Part shown: piece after piece, positions 38,327 through 48,537 of the stretch
How positions within the stretch are numbered: the stretch's first letter is position 1
How the letters are laid out: every line of letters begins with the position of its first letter
Assembly (NCBI GenBank): GCA_038231275.1
Contig: JBBRLQ010000005.1
Coordinates: forward strand, 192,001 to 256,000
From: Polyangiales bacterium
GTDB lineage: Bacteria > Myxococcota_A > Polyangia > Polyangiales > Polyangiaceae
Direction: 5' to 3'
Length of the DNA stretch: 64,000 nucleotides
Program-made: the position numbers and the translations under genes
The notes under the pieces: model-generated
Told to the model about the DNA's origin: nothing
Databases searched by the model: none
What the model saw: the letters and a program-made list of their open reading frames with translations, nothing else

Positions 38327-39748
38327 ATGCGCACGTTGCCGCTCGCGGTTCTCGCTGTTTTTCCGCTTCTTTCGTCGTGCGGGGCTGGGGATGGCGCGGA
38401 CGGCGCGACACGAGGCGTGTCCGGCGAAACGCAGCTCGTTCCTCCTACGGCGACTCCCGAAGCGACGCCCGAAGGCGCGCTCGGAGACGATGCGCGCACC
38501 TCACCTCCGGTCTTCGATGGCTTCGTCGGCGCACGCTTTGCCATCCTCGAGGCGGAGGGGCACACGCGCATCGTCGATCTGGTCACGCGTCGCGTCGTCG
38601 TCGTCGCGGGTCACCCGATCGTCGACGAGCAGTATGGGGGTGACCTCACGCAGTTCTCGATCCCGCCCAGCGTTCCTACGCGCACGCCTCGCGCGACGAA
38701 GGACGGACGCCGTCTCGCGATCGTCGACGGAGACGGCGCGTACGCGGTCGACACCACGACCGGCGCGCGCGTTGCGTCGCTCATGGGCACGGCCGAGGGC
38801 GCGGCGCTTGGCGACGACGGCTCCGTGCTCGTCTCGTGGGGCGGCGGCGCGATGCGCTTCGGCGACGTCGACGGCACGTGGACCGCGAACGTGACGCTCA
38901 CCTCCGATCGCGAGCCAGTCTTCTTCTGGCATGGGCGGCTCGTCGTGGTGCACACCGTGAGCGGCGAGCACGTCGTCGATCGCTCGACGTGGACGGAGTG
39001 GCGTGTCCCCGAAGGAGAGCTCGTTCGCGTTACCGAGGATGGCGTCGCGATCACGCGCGCCGACGATACGATCGCCTTGTGGCGCGTCGGGGAGGACGCG
39101 CCGCCCGAGCGATTCACGGGTGTGCCCGCGTCGGTGTACGTGCACGTCGACGCCGCGCACGTCGCGTGGGGCGAGCGCACGGCTGCGACCGAGACCGACG
39201 AGCGCCTCACGTTCCACGTCGTCTCCCGTACGACGCGCGCGCGCACGACGTTCCGCGGCGAGGGGACCTGCCCGATTCAGCCGGAATCCGTGCAGTCGAT
39301 CGCCGACGGCGAGATCACCACCGACGTCACGTGCAACCCCGGCTGCGCGTCGATCGAGTACCAGACGCATCACGTCGTCTACGACGCGGCGACCGGCGCG
39401 CTCAAGCGGCGCGAGCACGGCGAGCTGAGCCCGGCGCTCACGCTCACGTGGGGCGCGACGCTCGAGCGACTCGAAGTCCAGGCCCATCGCCTCGGCGCGA
39501 CCCGCGAGTCGGCCGTCGAGAGCCCCGGCGCGCCCGGCGTGTTCGCGTTCACGACGGAGACCGAGCTGCTCCTCGGCGACGGCGTGCGCGGCCGCGTCCT
39601 TCGCGCGATGAAACGCTCGGAAGGTGCGGCGCACCCGGTCTTCACGAAGGATGGGCGCTTCGTTGCCGCAACGACCGAGGGCGGCGCTTTTACCGCATGG
39701 GACGCGCGAACGGGCGAGCCGGTCTTCTCGACCGACACGCCCGAATGA
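38327..39748 (+). CDS. beta-propeller-like lipoprotein
   Basis: LSSC lipobox; WD40-like FTKDGRFVA...WDARTG. Confidence 0.65.
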   Translation: MRTLPLAVLAVFPLLSSCGAGDGADGATRGVSGETQLVPPTATPEATPEGALGDDARTSPPVFDGFVGARFAILEAEGHTRIVDLVTRRVVVVAGHPIVDEQYGGDLTQFSIPPSVPTRTPRATKDGRRLAIVDGDGAYAVDTTTGARVASLMGTAEGAALGDDGSVLVSWGGGAMRFGDVDGTWTANVTLTSDREPVFFWHGRLVVVHTVSGEHVVDRSTWTEWRVPEGELVRVTEDGVAITRADDTIALWRVGEDAPPERFTGVPASVYVHVDAAHVAWGERTAATETDERLTFHVVSRTTRARTTFRGEGTCPIQPESVQSIADGEITTDVTCNPGCASIEYQTHHVVYDAATGALKRREHGELSPALTLTWGATLERLEVQAHRLGATRESAVESPGAPGVFAFTTETELLLGDGVRGRVLRAMKRSEGAAHPVFTKDGRFVAATTEGGAFTAWDARTGEPVFSTDTPE

Positions 39749-39767
39749 TCGCGCGCCGCGCTCGCCG

Positions 39768-40937
39768 TTACGGCGTGGGCGCCGTGACGGTAGAGCCCGC
39801 GACGTTGACCGCGGTCTGTGCCATCAGCCGACCGTTGATCGACGCGCCGGTTCCGAGGGTGATCGCCGTCTTCGACAGCACGACTCCCTCCGCGTGGGAC
39901 GTCGTTCCGAGCGTCACCGCGCCCGCGACCTGCCACACGATGTTCTTCGCCTGCGCGCCGCCGCTGAGCGTCATCTTCTTCGCCGCGCTCATCGAGAGAT
40001 CGCCGGTGACCTGGAAGATCCACACGTCGTTCGGCGCGCCTGCGATCGTGATGTCGGTGGGGATGGTCACCGCCGAATTCCACTTGTAGAGGCCCGGCAC
40101 CAGCGTGAGCCCGCCGATCGTTCCGGCGCCGAGATCGAGAAACTGCGGGGTCGGGCGCCCGGCCGCGTCGGTGTATGCAGTCTGCATGTTGGTCACCGCC
40201 GTCGTGAGGTTGATCGGCGTCGGCGGATCGTTGTCCGCCGCGAAGATCGAGCCGACGACCTGGGGCGACGTCCAGTACGTGCCGACCCTCGTCAGGGAGA
40301 AACCCGTGATGGAGCTCGCGGCCGCCGGGCTGATCCCAATGTTGCCGGTGATCGCCGACGTCGGCACGTTCGAGACCGCGCTCTTCGCGAGGATGGCGTA
40401 CTTGCCGGCCGCGCCGAGCAGCACTGGCGGAGGGCCGAGCGGCGCGGTGGCGTCGGTGGTGAAGCTCCACACGTAGCTGGCGGCCAGCGCGTTGCCGGCG
40501 AGATCCTTCGCGTCCGTCGAGATCGTCGCCGTATATTTCGTCGCGAGCGCGAGCGCGCTGGTCGGTACGAAGCTGACCGTATCGCTGGTGTACGTGACCG
40601 CGCCGGGGACGGCGGTGGTGCCTTGCGCGAGGGAGAACGTGGCGCCGGCGAGCGACGCGGGCGCCATCGCCTCGCTGAAATCCGCTCGGATCTCACCCGC
40701 GAGCGCCACACCTGTGGCGTTTGCGCTCGGAGAGCTCGACAGCACCGTTGGCGGCGTGGTGTCCGTCCCGACCGCGCCGTCGGAGGCCGATCCGTCGCCG
40801 CCCGTGCCTCCGTCGCCGCTCGCCCCGCCGTCACTGGTGGCGCCCGACGTCGAGTCCGAGCAAGCGGCGAGAAGCAAGAGGGAAAGGGGAAGGCCGAGCT
40901 TCGAGAGGTCGCGTCGAAATGAGATCAAATGAAGCAT
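39768..40937 (-). CDS. ice-binding (DUF3494) lipoprotein with Ig-like (Big_5/SbsA-like) domain
   Basis: RBS AAGGAG; LAAC; DTTPPTVLS...FSEAM...DLAGN...WSFTT; YAILAKS, AYTDAAGR, LVPGLYKW, VWIFQ, NIVWQVAG, GRLMAQTAV. Confidence 0.9.
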   Translation of the reverse strand: MLHLISFRRDLSKLGLPLSLLLLAACSDSTSGATSDGGASGDGGTGGDGSASDGAVGTDTTPPTVLSSSPSANATGVALAGEIRADFSEAMAPASLAGATFSLAQGTTAVPGAVTYTSDTVSFVPTSALALATKYTATISTDAKDLAGNALAASYVWSFTTDATAPLGPPPVLLGAAGKYAILAKSAVSNVPTSAITGNIGISPAAASSITGFSLTRVGTYWTSPQVVGSIFAADNDPPTPINLTTAVTNMQTAYTDAAGRPTPQFLDLGAGTIGGLTLVPGLYKWNSAVTIPTDITIAGAPNDVWIFQVTGDLSMSAAKKMTLSGGAQAKNIVWQVAGAVTLGTTSHAEGVVLSKTAITLGTGASINGRLMAQTAVNVAGSTVTAPTP

Positions 40938-41126
40938 TTGGAAGTTCTCCTTGAAGTGCGCGGACGGATGACGCGAGGGCGGTGGGCGGGTTCGCACATC
41001 GCTCCGTGTCACTGCTGCACGCAAGGAGTCACCCCACAGGGACCGCGAGCGCCAGCGACCTCACCGCTGCAGTTCGCGGACCAGAAGGCCACGGTCGCGC
41101 TCCGCCCATCCCCCTCGGACCGACGT

Positions 41127-42548
41127 CTACCGACCCTTCACCGCCGCGACCAAGCCGTCGATGCTCTTCTTCGCGTCGCCGAAGAGCATGCGCGTGTTCG
41201 CAAGGTAAAAGAGCGGGTTCTCGACGCCGGCGTAGCCTGCGGCCATTCCGCGCTTGAGCACGACGACGGTCTTCGCCTTCCAGACCTCGAGGACCGGCAT
41301 GCCGTAGATCGCGCTCGACGGATCTTCGAGCGCGCCGGGGTTGACGATGTCGTTCGCGCCGATGACCAGCACCGCGTCGGTCTTTGCGAAGTCGCGGTTG
41401 ATCTCGTCCATCTCGAGGACGAGATTGTAAGGGACACCGGCTTCGGCGAGCAGCACGTTCATGTGGCCGGGGAGGCGACCGGCGACCGGATGGATCGCGA
41501 AGTGGACCTCGCTGCCGCGCTTGCGGAGCGCCTGGGTGAGCTCGAACACGGCGGCCTGCGCGCGCGCGACCGCCATGCCGTAGCCGGGGACGACGATGAT
41601 CTTCTTCGCGTCGCAGAGCAGGGTGGCGACGCCGTCGAGCTTCATCTCGTGCACGTCGCCGGTGGGCGCCGCGGCCGCTTCCTTCGTATCCCCCGTGCCG
41701 AAGCCTCCGAAGACGACGCTCAGGATCGAGCGGTTCATCGCGCGGCACATGATGATGGAGAGGATCGCGCCGCTCGAGCCGACGAGCGCTCCGGTGACGA
41801 TGAGGAGATCGTTGGCGAGGACGAAGCCGGACGCGGCGGCAGCCCAGCCCGAGTAGCTGTTGAGGAGCGAGACGACGACCGGCATGTCCGCGCCGCCGAT
41901 CGCCATGACGAGGTGGATGCCGAGCAGCCCCGCGAGGATCGCGATGCCGACGAGGTACGGCATGCCCGCGGTTCCCTGCGCCATCGCGATGGGGACGCAG
42001 AGGAGGACCACCGCCGACGCGGCCGTTCCGTTCAAGATGTGGCGCGTGCCGAGGAGCAGCGGCTTGCCCGAGATCGTCCCGCGGAGCTTGCCCCACGCGA
42101 TGATCGAACCGGTGAACGTGAGCGCGCCGACCGCGATGCCCACGGCGACCTCGACGAGGTGCACGGTGCGCTCCGCGCCGACAAGCTCGGCCGACGCGAC
42201 GGCGGGGGCGAGGTACGACGCGAAGCCGACGAGCACGGCGGCGAGGCCGACGAAGCTGTGGAGGATGGCGACGAGCTCCGGCATGCTCGTCATCTCGACG
42301 CGGCGTGCGAGGGAAGCGCCGAACGCGCCGCCCACCACGAGCGCCGCGACGAGGACGCTCGGCGTGACCCAGTTGTCCACCCCCCGCGCCGCCCACGCCG
42401 CCGCGGTGATGGCGACGGCGACCGCCATGCCGACCGCGCCGAACGCGCTGCCGCGTCGCGCGGTGTCTTGCTTCGAGAGGCTCCCGAGGCTGCGAATGAA
42501 GAGGACGCCCGCGACGAGGTAGGCGACCGTGGTGACGCCCTCTTTCAC
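41127..42548 (-). CDS. pntB: NAD(P) transhydrogenase subunit beta
   Basis: MPELVAILHSFVGLAA, IGGADMPVV, PGYGMAVA, HPVAGRLPGHMNVLLAEA, FGDAK. Confidence 0.96.
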   Translation of the reverse strand: MKEGVTTVAYLVAGVLFIRSLGSLSKQDTARRGSAFGAVGMAVAVAITAAAWAARGVDNWVTPSVLVAALVVGGAFGASLARRVEMTSMPELVAILHSFVGLAAVLVGFASYLAPAVASAELVGAERTVHLVEVAVGIAVGALTFTGSIIAWGKLRGTISGKPLLLGTRHILNGTAASAVVLLCVPIAMAQGTAGMPYLVGIAILAGLLGIHLVMAIGGADMPVVVSLLNSYSGWAAAASGFVLANDLLIVTGALVGSSGAILSIIMCRAMNRSILSVVFGGFGTGDTKEAAAAPTGDVHEMKLDGVATLLCDAKKIIVVPGYGMAVARAQAAVFELTQALRKRGSEVHFAIHPVAGRLPGHMNVLLAEAGVPYNLVLEMDEINRDFAKTDAVLVIGANDIVNPGALEDPSSAIYGMPVLEVWKAKTVVVLKRGMAAGYAGVENPLFYLANTRMLFGDAKKSIDGLVAAVKGR

Positions 42549-44158
42549 TCGCGACCTCGGTGGAACATGCGCAGCATGCGCGCGGTGACCAAGAATCCAC
42601 CTGCGATGTTGATCGCGGCGAAGAGGGCGGCCGATGCGCCGAGGACCGACGACGCGTCGAGGCGCGAGCCGACCTCCAGCATGCCGCCGATGATGATGAT
42701 GCCGCTGATCGCGTTGGTGACGCTCATGAGCGGCGTGTGCAACGCCGGCGTGACGCTCCAGATGACCTGCCAGCCGACGAAGCACGCCAGGATGAACACC
42801 GTCGAGTGCTGCAAGAAATCCCGCGGAGCGAAGCGGCCGGCGACGAAGAGGACCAGGATGAGGACGATGCCGCCGACGGTGGTGCCCCACGCGAGGCGCG
42901 TCGGCGAGCGGATGTTCTGCTGCGCCGGCTTCAGGTGCTCCGCGGGCGGAGGGCGGAGCGAGCCCTTCGACGCGGGCGCGGGCGGGACGTCCACTTTGGC
43001 GGCGGGCTTGGGAGCGGCGGGCGCACCGGCTTTGGGCGGGGGAGGCCGTGGGAGCACCTCGCCGTCGTGAACGACGAGGGCGGGTCGAACGACGTCGCTC
43101 TCGCGATCGATGCGGAACGCCGCGCCGCCGCCGAGCTCTTGGAGGAGGTGCACCACGTTCGTCGCGAAGAGTCGGCTCGCCGAGCTCGCCATGCGGCTCG
43201 GGAGATCGGTGAGGCCGACGATCGTGACGCCGCCCTTGACGACGACCTCCCCGGGAACGCACGCCGAGCAGTTGCCGCCCTGCTCGGCGGCGAGATCGAC
43301 GATGACGGAGCCCGGCTTGAGCGCCTGGACGACCTCGTCGGGGAGGAGGATGGGGGCGCGCTTCCCTGGAACGAGCGCGGTCGTGACGATGATGTCGACC
43401 TCTGCGGCCTGCGCGCGGAAGAGCGCGACCTCTGCAGCGAGGAACGCGGCGCTCATCTCTTTCGCGTAGCCGCCGCCACCGTCCGCGTCCTCTTTCACCT
43501 CGACGTTGAGGTACGCCGCGCCGAGGCTCTCGATCTGCTCTTTGGTGGCGGGGCGCGTGTCGAACGCGCGGACCTCTGCGCCGAGGGCGCGCGCTGCCGC
43601 CACCGCGGCCAGACCGGCGACGCCCGCGCCGATGACGAGGACGCGCGCGGGCGGGATCGTCCCTGCGGCGGTCACCTGCGCGCCGAACGTTCGCTGGAAG
43701 TGCTGCGTCGCCTCGATGACGGCGCGGTACCCCGCGAGGTTCGCCATCGACGAGAGGACGTCCATCTTCTGCGCGCGCGAGATGCGCGGGATGCGCTCGA
43801 GGGCGATCGCCGAGGCGCGCCGCGCCGCGATGAGCCCCGGCAGGGCCTCGTCGCGCTCGGGCTGAAGGAGCGAGACGAGGAGCGTCCCCGCCCGGAGCGT
43901 AGCCACCTCACCATGGGAGGGCGGCCGCACCTTGACGACGACGTCCGACCCGCCCCAGACCGCGGCCGCGTCACCCAAGGTCGCGCCGGCGGCCTCATAG
44001 GCGGCGTCCTCGATCCCCGAGCCCACGCCGGCCCCGCGCTCGACCGTCACCGAAAACCCGAGCGCCACGAGCTTCTTGACGGAGTCCGGCGTGGCGGCCA
44101 CCCGCCTCTCGCCCGCCGCGCTCTCTTTTGGTGCTCCTACACGAACCGACCCTGACAC
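42545..44158 (-). CDS. pntA: NAD(P) transhydrogenase subunit alpha (unsplit)
   Basis: ERRVAATP, RISRAQ, GAGVAGL, VTPALHTPLMSVTNAISG. Confidence 0.96.
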   Translation of the reverse strand: MSGSVRVGAPKESAAGERRVAATPDSVKKLVALGFSVTVERGAGVGSGIEDAAYEAAGATLGDAAAVWGGSDVVVKVRPPSHGEVATLRAGTLLVSLLQPERDEALPGLIAARRASAIALERIPRISRAQKMDVLSSMANLAGYRAVIEATQHFQRTFGAQVTAAGTIPPARVLVIGAGVAGLAAVAAARALGAEVRAFDTRPATKEQIESLGAAYLNVEVKEDADGGGGYAKEMSAAFLAAEVALFRAQAAEVDIIVTTALVPGKRAPILLPDEVVQALKPGSVIVDLAAEQGGNCSACVPGEVVVKGGVTIVGLTDLPSRMASSASRLFATNVVHLLQELGGGAAFRIDRESDVVRPALVVHDGEVLPRPPPPKAGAPAAPKPAAKVDVPPAPASKGSLRPPPAEHLKPAQQNIRSPTRLAWGTTVGGIVLILVLFVAGRFAPRDFLQHSTVFILACFVGWQVIWSVTPALHTPLMSVTNAISGIIIIGGMLEVGSRLDASSVLGASAALFAAINIAGGFLVTARMLRMFHRGRE

Positions 44159-44273
44159 GCGCCCAGGCTACTCCAGAAGAGGCGCGCGTAGGGCAGCAAC
44201 GAGCGAACGCTGAACGGTGGGACGAACGGTCGCAAAGTCGCAGAAACGCGATTCGTGGCTTACTATTGACAGA

Positions 44274-45851
44274 GTGGCCGGGGATTCGGCGTACGGCAAA
44301 TATCGACTCCTCGCCGAGCTCGGACGCGGCGGCATGGCGGACGTGTTCCTTGCGATGGTCACCGGTCCCGAGGGCTCGGGGTTCTCCAAGCTAGAAGTCG
44401 TCAAGAGGCTCCGGCAAAACCTCGCCGAAGATCCCGACTTCGTCAGCATGCTCCTCGACGAGGCGCGCATCTCCGCGCGGCTCAACCACCCGAACGTCGT
44501 CCAGCTCTTCGAGGTTGGGGTCGTGGGCGAGTCCTACTACCTCGCGATGGAGTACCTGGAGGGGCAGCCGCTCTATCGCGTACAGCAGCGCGCGCGCGTC
44601 GCCAGCGCAGAGTGGCCGCTCGGCTCGCAGCTGCGGATCGTCGCCGACGTGCTCGCGGGGCTCCATCACGCGCACGAGCTCGCCGACTACGACGGCTCGC
44701 CGCTGAACGTCGTGCACCGCGACATCAACCCGCAAAACGTCTTTTTGACGTACGGCGGCCACGTGAAGGTCGTCGACTTCGGCATCGCGAAGGCGGCGGG
44801 GCGCGCGAACGAGACGCGGCAGGGGATCGTGAAGGGCAAGCTCCGGTACATGGCGCCCGAGCAGGCCATGGGCGCGGCCATCGATCGGCGCGCGGACGTC
44901 TTCGCGGCGGGGCTGCTCCTCTGGGAGGCGATCATCGGGACCCGCTACTGGGGGAACAAGCCGGAGAACGAGATCGCGACGGCGCTCATCGCCGGACGGT
45001 TCGTGGCCTCGCCGCGCGCCGTGAAGCCCGACGTCCCGGAGGACCTCGACCGCATCTGCGTGACCGCCCTCGCGCACGCCCCGCACGGCCGGTACCCGAC
45101 GGCGGACGCCTTCAAGGGGGATCTCGACGCGTACATCGCGGCCGCGGAGATCTCGGGCGAGCGGACCGAGTTGGGCGCGTTCGTGGGGCGGCTCTTCGCC
45201 AAGGAGCGCGCGCTCCTCAAAGCCATCGTCGAGCGCGCAGGCCGCCACGCCGCGCCGGTGAACATCGAGACGCTCCAGTCGTCGCGCTCGTCCTCGAGCG
45301 AGCACGCGGGCCTCGGGTTCTCGATTCGCCCGACACGCATCGACGACGATGACGAAGATCTCGCGGAGGTGGCGCCGCTCCCGGTGCTCTCGACGTCGCC
45401 GGTCCCCGCGGCTCCGCGTCGGAAAAAATCTTGGATCGTCGGTGTCGCGGTCGCCGCGGCGGCGGTCCTCGCGGTCGCTGCAACTACGCGGGTCGTCGTT
45501 GGAAGCGGCGTCGGCGGCGTAGAGGTGTCGTTCGAGCCGCGCACCAAGGCGATCGAGGCGCGCGCCACAATGGCTCAGAACCGCGACGTGCTCCAGGGCG
45601 CCATCGGCTCGCCTGCGCAGGACGCGCCGCCGCCCGCTGCCGCCGCGCCGTCCCCTCCGGTCGCGCCGCCGCCCGCCGCCGCCGCGCCTTCCCCTCCGGT
45701 CGCGCCGGTCGCCGCCGACACGAGCCCTCGCCCTACGCGCGATCCGAACGAGCTCCCGCAGCGCGGCAAGCGACGCAAGACCGCGCTCGACGACGCGGAT
45801 CCTTGGAAGGATTTGCCCCCGGAGCCCGCACCGACCCGTCTCCCCTGGTGA
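44274..45851 (+). CDS. membrane Ser/Thr protein kinase
   Basis: LGRGGMA, HRDINPQN, DFGIAK, GKLRYMAPE; TM segment; Pro-rich tail. Confidence 0.92.
   Translation: MAGDSAYGKYRLLAELGRGGMADVFLAMVTGPEGSGFSKLEVVKRLRQNLAEDPDFVSMLLDEARISARLNHPNVVQLFEVGVVGESYYLAMEYLEGQPLYRVQQRARVASAEWPLGSQLRIVADVLAGLHHAHELADYDGSPLNVVHRDINPQNVFLTYGGHVKVVDFGIAKAAGRANETRQGIVKGKLRYMAPEQAMGAAIDRRADVFAAGLLLWEAIIGTRYWGNKPENEIATALIAGRFVASPRAVKPDVPEDLDRICVTALAHAPHGRYPTADAFKGDLDAYIAAAEISGERTELGAFVGRLFAKERALLKAIVERAGRHAAPVNIETLQSSRSSSSEHAGLGFSIRPTRIDDDDEDLAEVAPLPVLSTSPVPAAPRRKKSWIVGVAVAAAAVLAVAATTRVVVGSGVGGVEVSFEPRTKAIEARATMAQNRDVLQGAIGSPAQDAPPPAAAAPSPPVAPPPAAAAPSPPVAPVAADTSPRPTRDPNELPQRGKRRKTALDDADPWKDLPPEPAPTRLPW
45623..45707 (+). 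repeat. 39-bp tandem duplication in the kinase tail (APPPAAAAPSPPV x2)
   Basis: Direct repeat with period 39. Confidence 0.85.
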
Positions 45852-45965
45852 GGCAATGCGCGATCTGACGTCGAAGCGGCCCAGGGTCGAGCTCGGGAGG
45901 TTGCCGTCCGAGTAGGCGTCGTCGCGACCGACGCGGGTGGCTGAAACTTCGCTACAGTGCGGCGC

Positions 45966-47393
45966 ATGAGCATGCGCGTCTCCCTGCCGTTCGCCTCTCT
46001 CGTCCTCGCCCACGTCGCGTGCGGCGGTGCGCCCACGTCACCCACGTCGCCGGGCGGACCGCGTGCGCCGGAGACCGACGTAGCGCCGGGGACTGCCGCC
46101 GTGGCGCCGCTGCCTGCGATGGACCCGACGGCGATGCCGAAGAAGAAGGCGATCCTCCTCAAGGCGGCGCGCATGTTCGACGGTCGTGGCGACAAGGTGA
46201 CCGACGGCGGCGTCGCGATCCTGGTGGAAAATGGGCTCCTCACGAAGGTCGGCAAGGCGGGGGCGTTCTCGCCGCCGGCCGACGCGGAGGTCATCGATCT
46301 CGGCGACGCAACGCTCCTCCCCGGCTTCATCGATGCGCACACGCACCTGACCCACGAGCTCGCGCCGAATTTCTACAAGGAGCATTACGACGAGGAGCTG
46401 CGGTTCCCCGCCGAGCAAGCGCTCTACGGGGCGGCCTACGCGCGCCGCACGCTCGACGCGGGGTTCACGACGGTGCGCGATCTCGGCTCGGACGAGGGCC
46501 TCGATCTCGGCCTCCGCAACGCGATCGCGAAGGACATCGCGGTGGGACCGCGCATGCTCGTGGCCGTTCACGCGCTCGGCGCCACCGGTGGCCACGTCGA
46601 CGCGCCGCCGCTCGTGCGCGACTATAAATCGGAGAAGCCCGCGCGTGATGGCGTGTGCGACGGCGCGGCGGCGTGCGCGGCCGCCACGCGCAAGCAGATC
46701 AAATACGGCGCCGACGTCATCAAGATCTCCGCGTCGGGCGGCGTGCTCTCGCTCGCCGACGCCGTCGACACGCCGCAGATGACGCTCGCGGAGATGCAGG
46801 CGATCGTCCTCGAGGCGCACCGGCTAGGCCGCAAGGTCGCCGCGCACTGCCACGGCGACACCGCCGCGAAGGTGGCGATCGAAGCGGGCGTCGATTCGAT
46901 CGAGCACGGCTCCTTCCTGAAGCCCGACACGCTGGCGCTCATGAAGCGAAAGGGCACGGTGCTCATTCCCACGTTGATGGCGAGTCACTGGACCGGCGAC
47001 GAGGAGCGCTCCAAGACGTTCCCGCCCGCCATCGGCGCCAAGGCCCGCGCCGCGCGCGCCGCCCACACCGCGACGTTCCGGGAGGCGGTGAAGAGCGGCG
47101 TGATCATCGGGTTCGGAACCGACTCCGGCGTCTCGCCGCACGGCCAGAACGCGCACGAGTTCGTCCTCATGACGACCAACGGGCTCTCGCCGGCCGCGGC
47201 GCTCCGTGCGGCGACGAGCATCGACGCCGAGCTCCTCGGGATCGCGGCGCAGACCGGCACTTTGGAGCCCGGAAAGCTCGCCGACGTCGTCGCCGTGCCC
47301 GGCAATCCGCTCGTCGACATCAAGCAGACCGAGCACGTGAGCCTGGTGATGCGGGCGGGGACGATCAGCAAGCGCCCCGACGCCGCGCGGTAG
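45966..47393 (+). CDS. amidohydrolase-family protein (Xaa-Pro dipeptidase-like), probable lipoprotein
   Basis: HVAC lipobox-like; PGFIDAHTH, GFTTVRD, AAHCHG, IEHG, GTDSG. Confidence 0.9.
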   Translation: MSMRVSLPFASLVLAHVACGGAPTSPTSPGGPRAPETDVAPGTAAVAPLPAMDPTAMPKKKAILLKAARMFDGRGDKVTDGGVAILVENGLLTKVGKAGAFSPPADAEVIDLGDATLLPGFIDAHTHLTHELAPNFYKEHYDEELRFPAEQALYGAAYARRTLDAGFTTVRDLGSDEGLDLGLRNAIAKDIAVGPRMLVAVHALGATGGHVDAPPLVRDYKSEKPARDGVCDGAAACAAATRKQIKYGADVIKISASGGVLSLADAVDTPQMTLAEMQAIVLEAHRLGRKVAAHCHGDTAAKVAIEAGVDSIEHGSFLKPDTLALMKRKGTVLIPTLMASHWTGDEERSKTFPPAIGAKARAARAAHTATFREAVKSGVIIGFGTDSGVSPHGQNAHEFVLMTTNGLSPAAALRAATSIDAELLGIAAQTGTLEPGKLADVVAVPGNPLVDIKQTEHVSLVMRAGTISKRPDAAR

Positions 47394-47496
47394 CGTGACC
47401 TCCGAAGTTACTAAACGGCATTGAGACGCACGGGAAATCGTGCGGCGGCGCGACAAAGGGTGAAGTTTGCGAGGAGAAGGACCGTCCTACGAGACC

Positions 47497-48018
47497 ATGC
47501 ACAAGCGATCCACCGCCAAATTCATGGGTGTCCTCGCGGCCGTCGGTTGCCTCGTCGCGTCGCTGAGCGCGACGCAGCCCGCCGACGGCAAGCCCAAGAA
47601 GCCCCCGACGGCCGCCAAGCCCCCGCCCGACCTTCGCGGCCCTCGCGGCACCTGCGCCACGAGCGCCGACTGCAACTCGGACAGCAAAGAAGAGTGCGTG
47701 GACAAGAAGTGCATTTGCGATCCCGGCAAGGGCAACGCGCGGTGCAACGCGAAGGACGATTTTTGCACGTGGCTCGGCGTCAACGCGAACCACTGCGGCG
47801 CGTGCGGCCACAACTGCGGTCCGCGCGCCTCGTGCGACGAGAGCAAATGCGTGCCGTGCAAGGCCGGGGAGACGATGTGCCCGGGCGACGCGTCGGGCAG
47901 CGTGACCGGCTGGGACCGTGAGTGCCACAACCTCCAGAACGAGGACGACAACTGCGGGAAGTGCGGCCGCGAGTGTCCGTCGAGCTTCTTCTGCAAGAAC
48001 GGCCACTGCGTCCTCTAG
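47497..48018 (+). CDS. secreted Cys-rich protein with Stig1-like NCGxCGxxC repeats
   Basis: NHCGACGHNC, DNCGKCGREC; signal peptide. Confidence 0.75.
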   Translation: MHKRSTAKFMGVLAAVGCLVASLSATQPADGKPKKPPTAAKPPPDLRGPRGTCATSADCNSDSKEECVDKKCICDPGKGNARCNAKDDFCTWLGVNANHCGACGHNCGPRASCDESKCVPCKAGETMCPGDASGSVTGWDRECHNLQNEDDNCGKCGRECPSSFFCKNGHCVL

Positions 48019-48039
48019 AGCAACCGTCCGGCGAACGAC

Positions 48040-48117
48040 ATGACCAAGCGAAGACTCGAGGCCTTCAGCGACGGCGTGCTCGCCATCGAGGCGCAGCTGG
48101 ACGCGGAGCACGCGTGA
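48040..48117 (+). pseudogene. collapsed TMEM175/DUF1211 K+ channel gene (25 aa)
   Basis: MTKRRLEAFSDGVLAI-EAQLDAEHA*: the family RxxxFSD signature followed directly by a C-terminus-like tail. Confidence 0.7.
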
Positions 48118-48118
48118 A

Positions 48119-48490
48119 ATGAGCGCATCGCCTGATGCCCTGGTCGCCCTCGCGCGCACGTGGCTCGCCGCCTTCAACGGCCGCGATCTCGAGGGCCTCT
48201 TGGCGCTGTATGAGCCGGACGCCGTCCACACGAGCCCCAAGCTCCGCGCCAAGGATTCCGCGACGAACGGCGAAATCCGTGGGACCTCGGCCCTTCGTGC
48301 CTGGTGGGCCGACGCGATGCAGCGATTGCCACGGCTGCGCTATGAAGAGCGCCACCTCACGGCGATGGGCGATCGCGTCTTCATGGAATACCTGCGGACC
48401 AATCCCGGCGAGCCCGAGTACATGGTGGCCGAGGTCTTGGTCGTCGCAGCGAGTGGAAAAATCCGCGCCTCGCACGTCTATCACGGCTGA
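48119..48490 (+). CDS. SnoaL/NTF2-like protein
   Basis: WLAAFNGRDLEGLLALY..DA, G..ALRAWW, RVFMEY. Confidence 0.85.
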   Translation: MSASPDALVALARTWLAAFNGRDLEGLLALYEPDAVHTSPKLRAKDSATNGEIRGTSALRAWWADAMQRLPRLRYEERHLTAMGDRVFMEYLRTNPGEPEYMVAEVLVVAASGKIRASHVYHG

Positions 48491-48537
48491 AATCGGCGTC
48501 GTGCGCCCGGGCGCGAACCGGCGTAGGCTTGCGCGTG

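Noticed and set aside
47394-47496. Possible riboswitch (CGCACG-GGAAAT-CGTGCG hairpin) before the Cys-rich gene
   Set aside because: No recognisable aptamer consensus; an Infernal/Rfam scan would be needed
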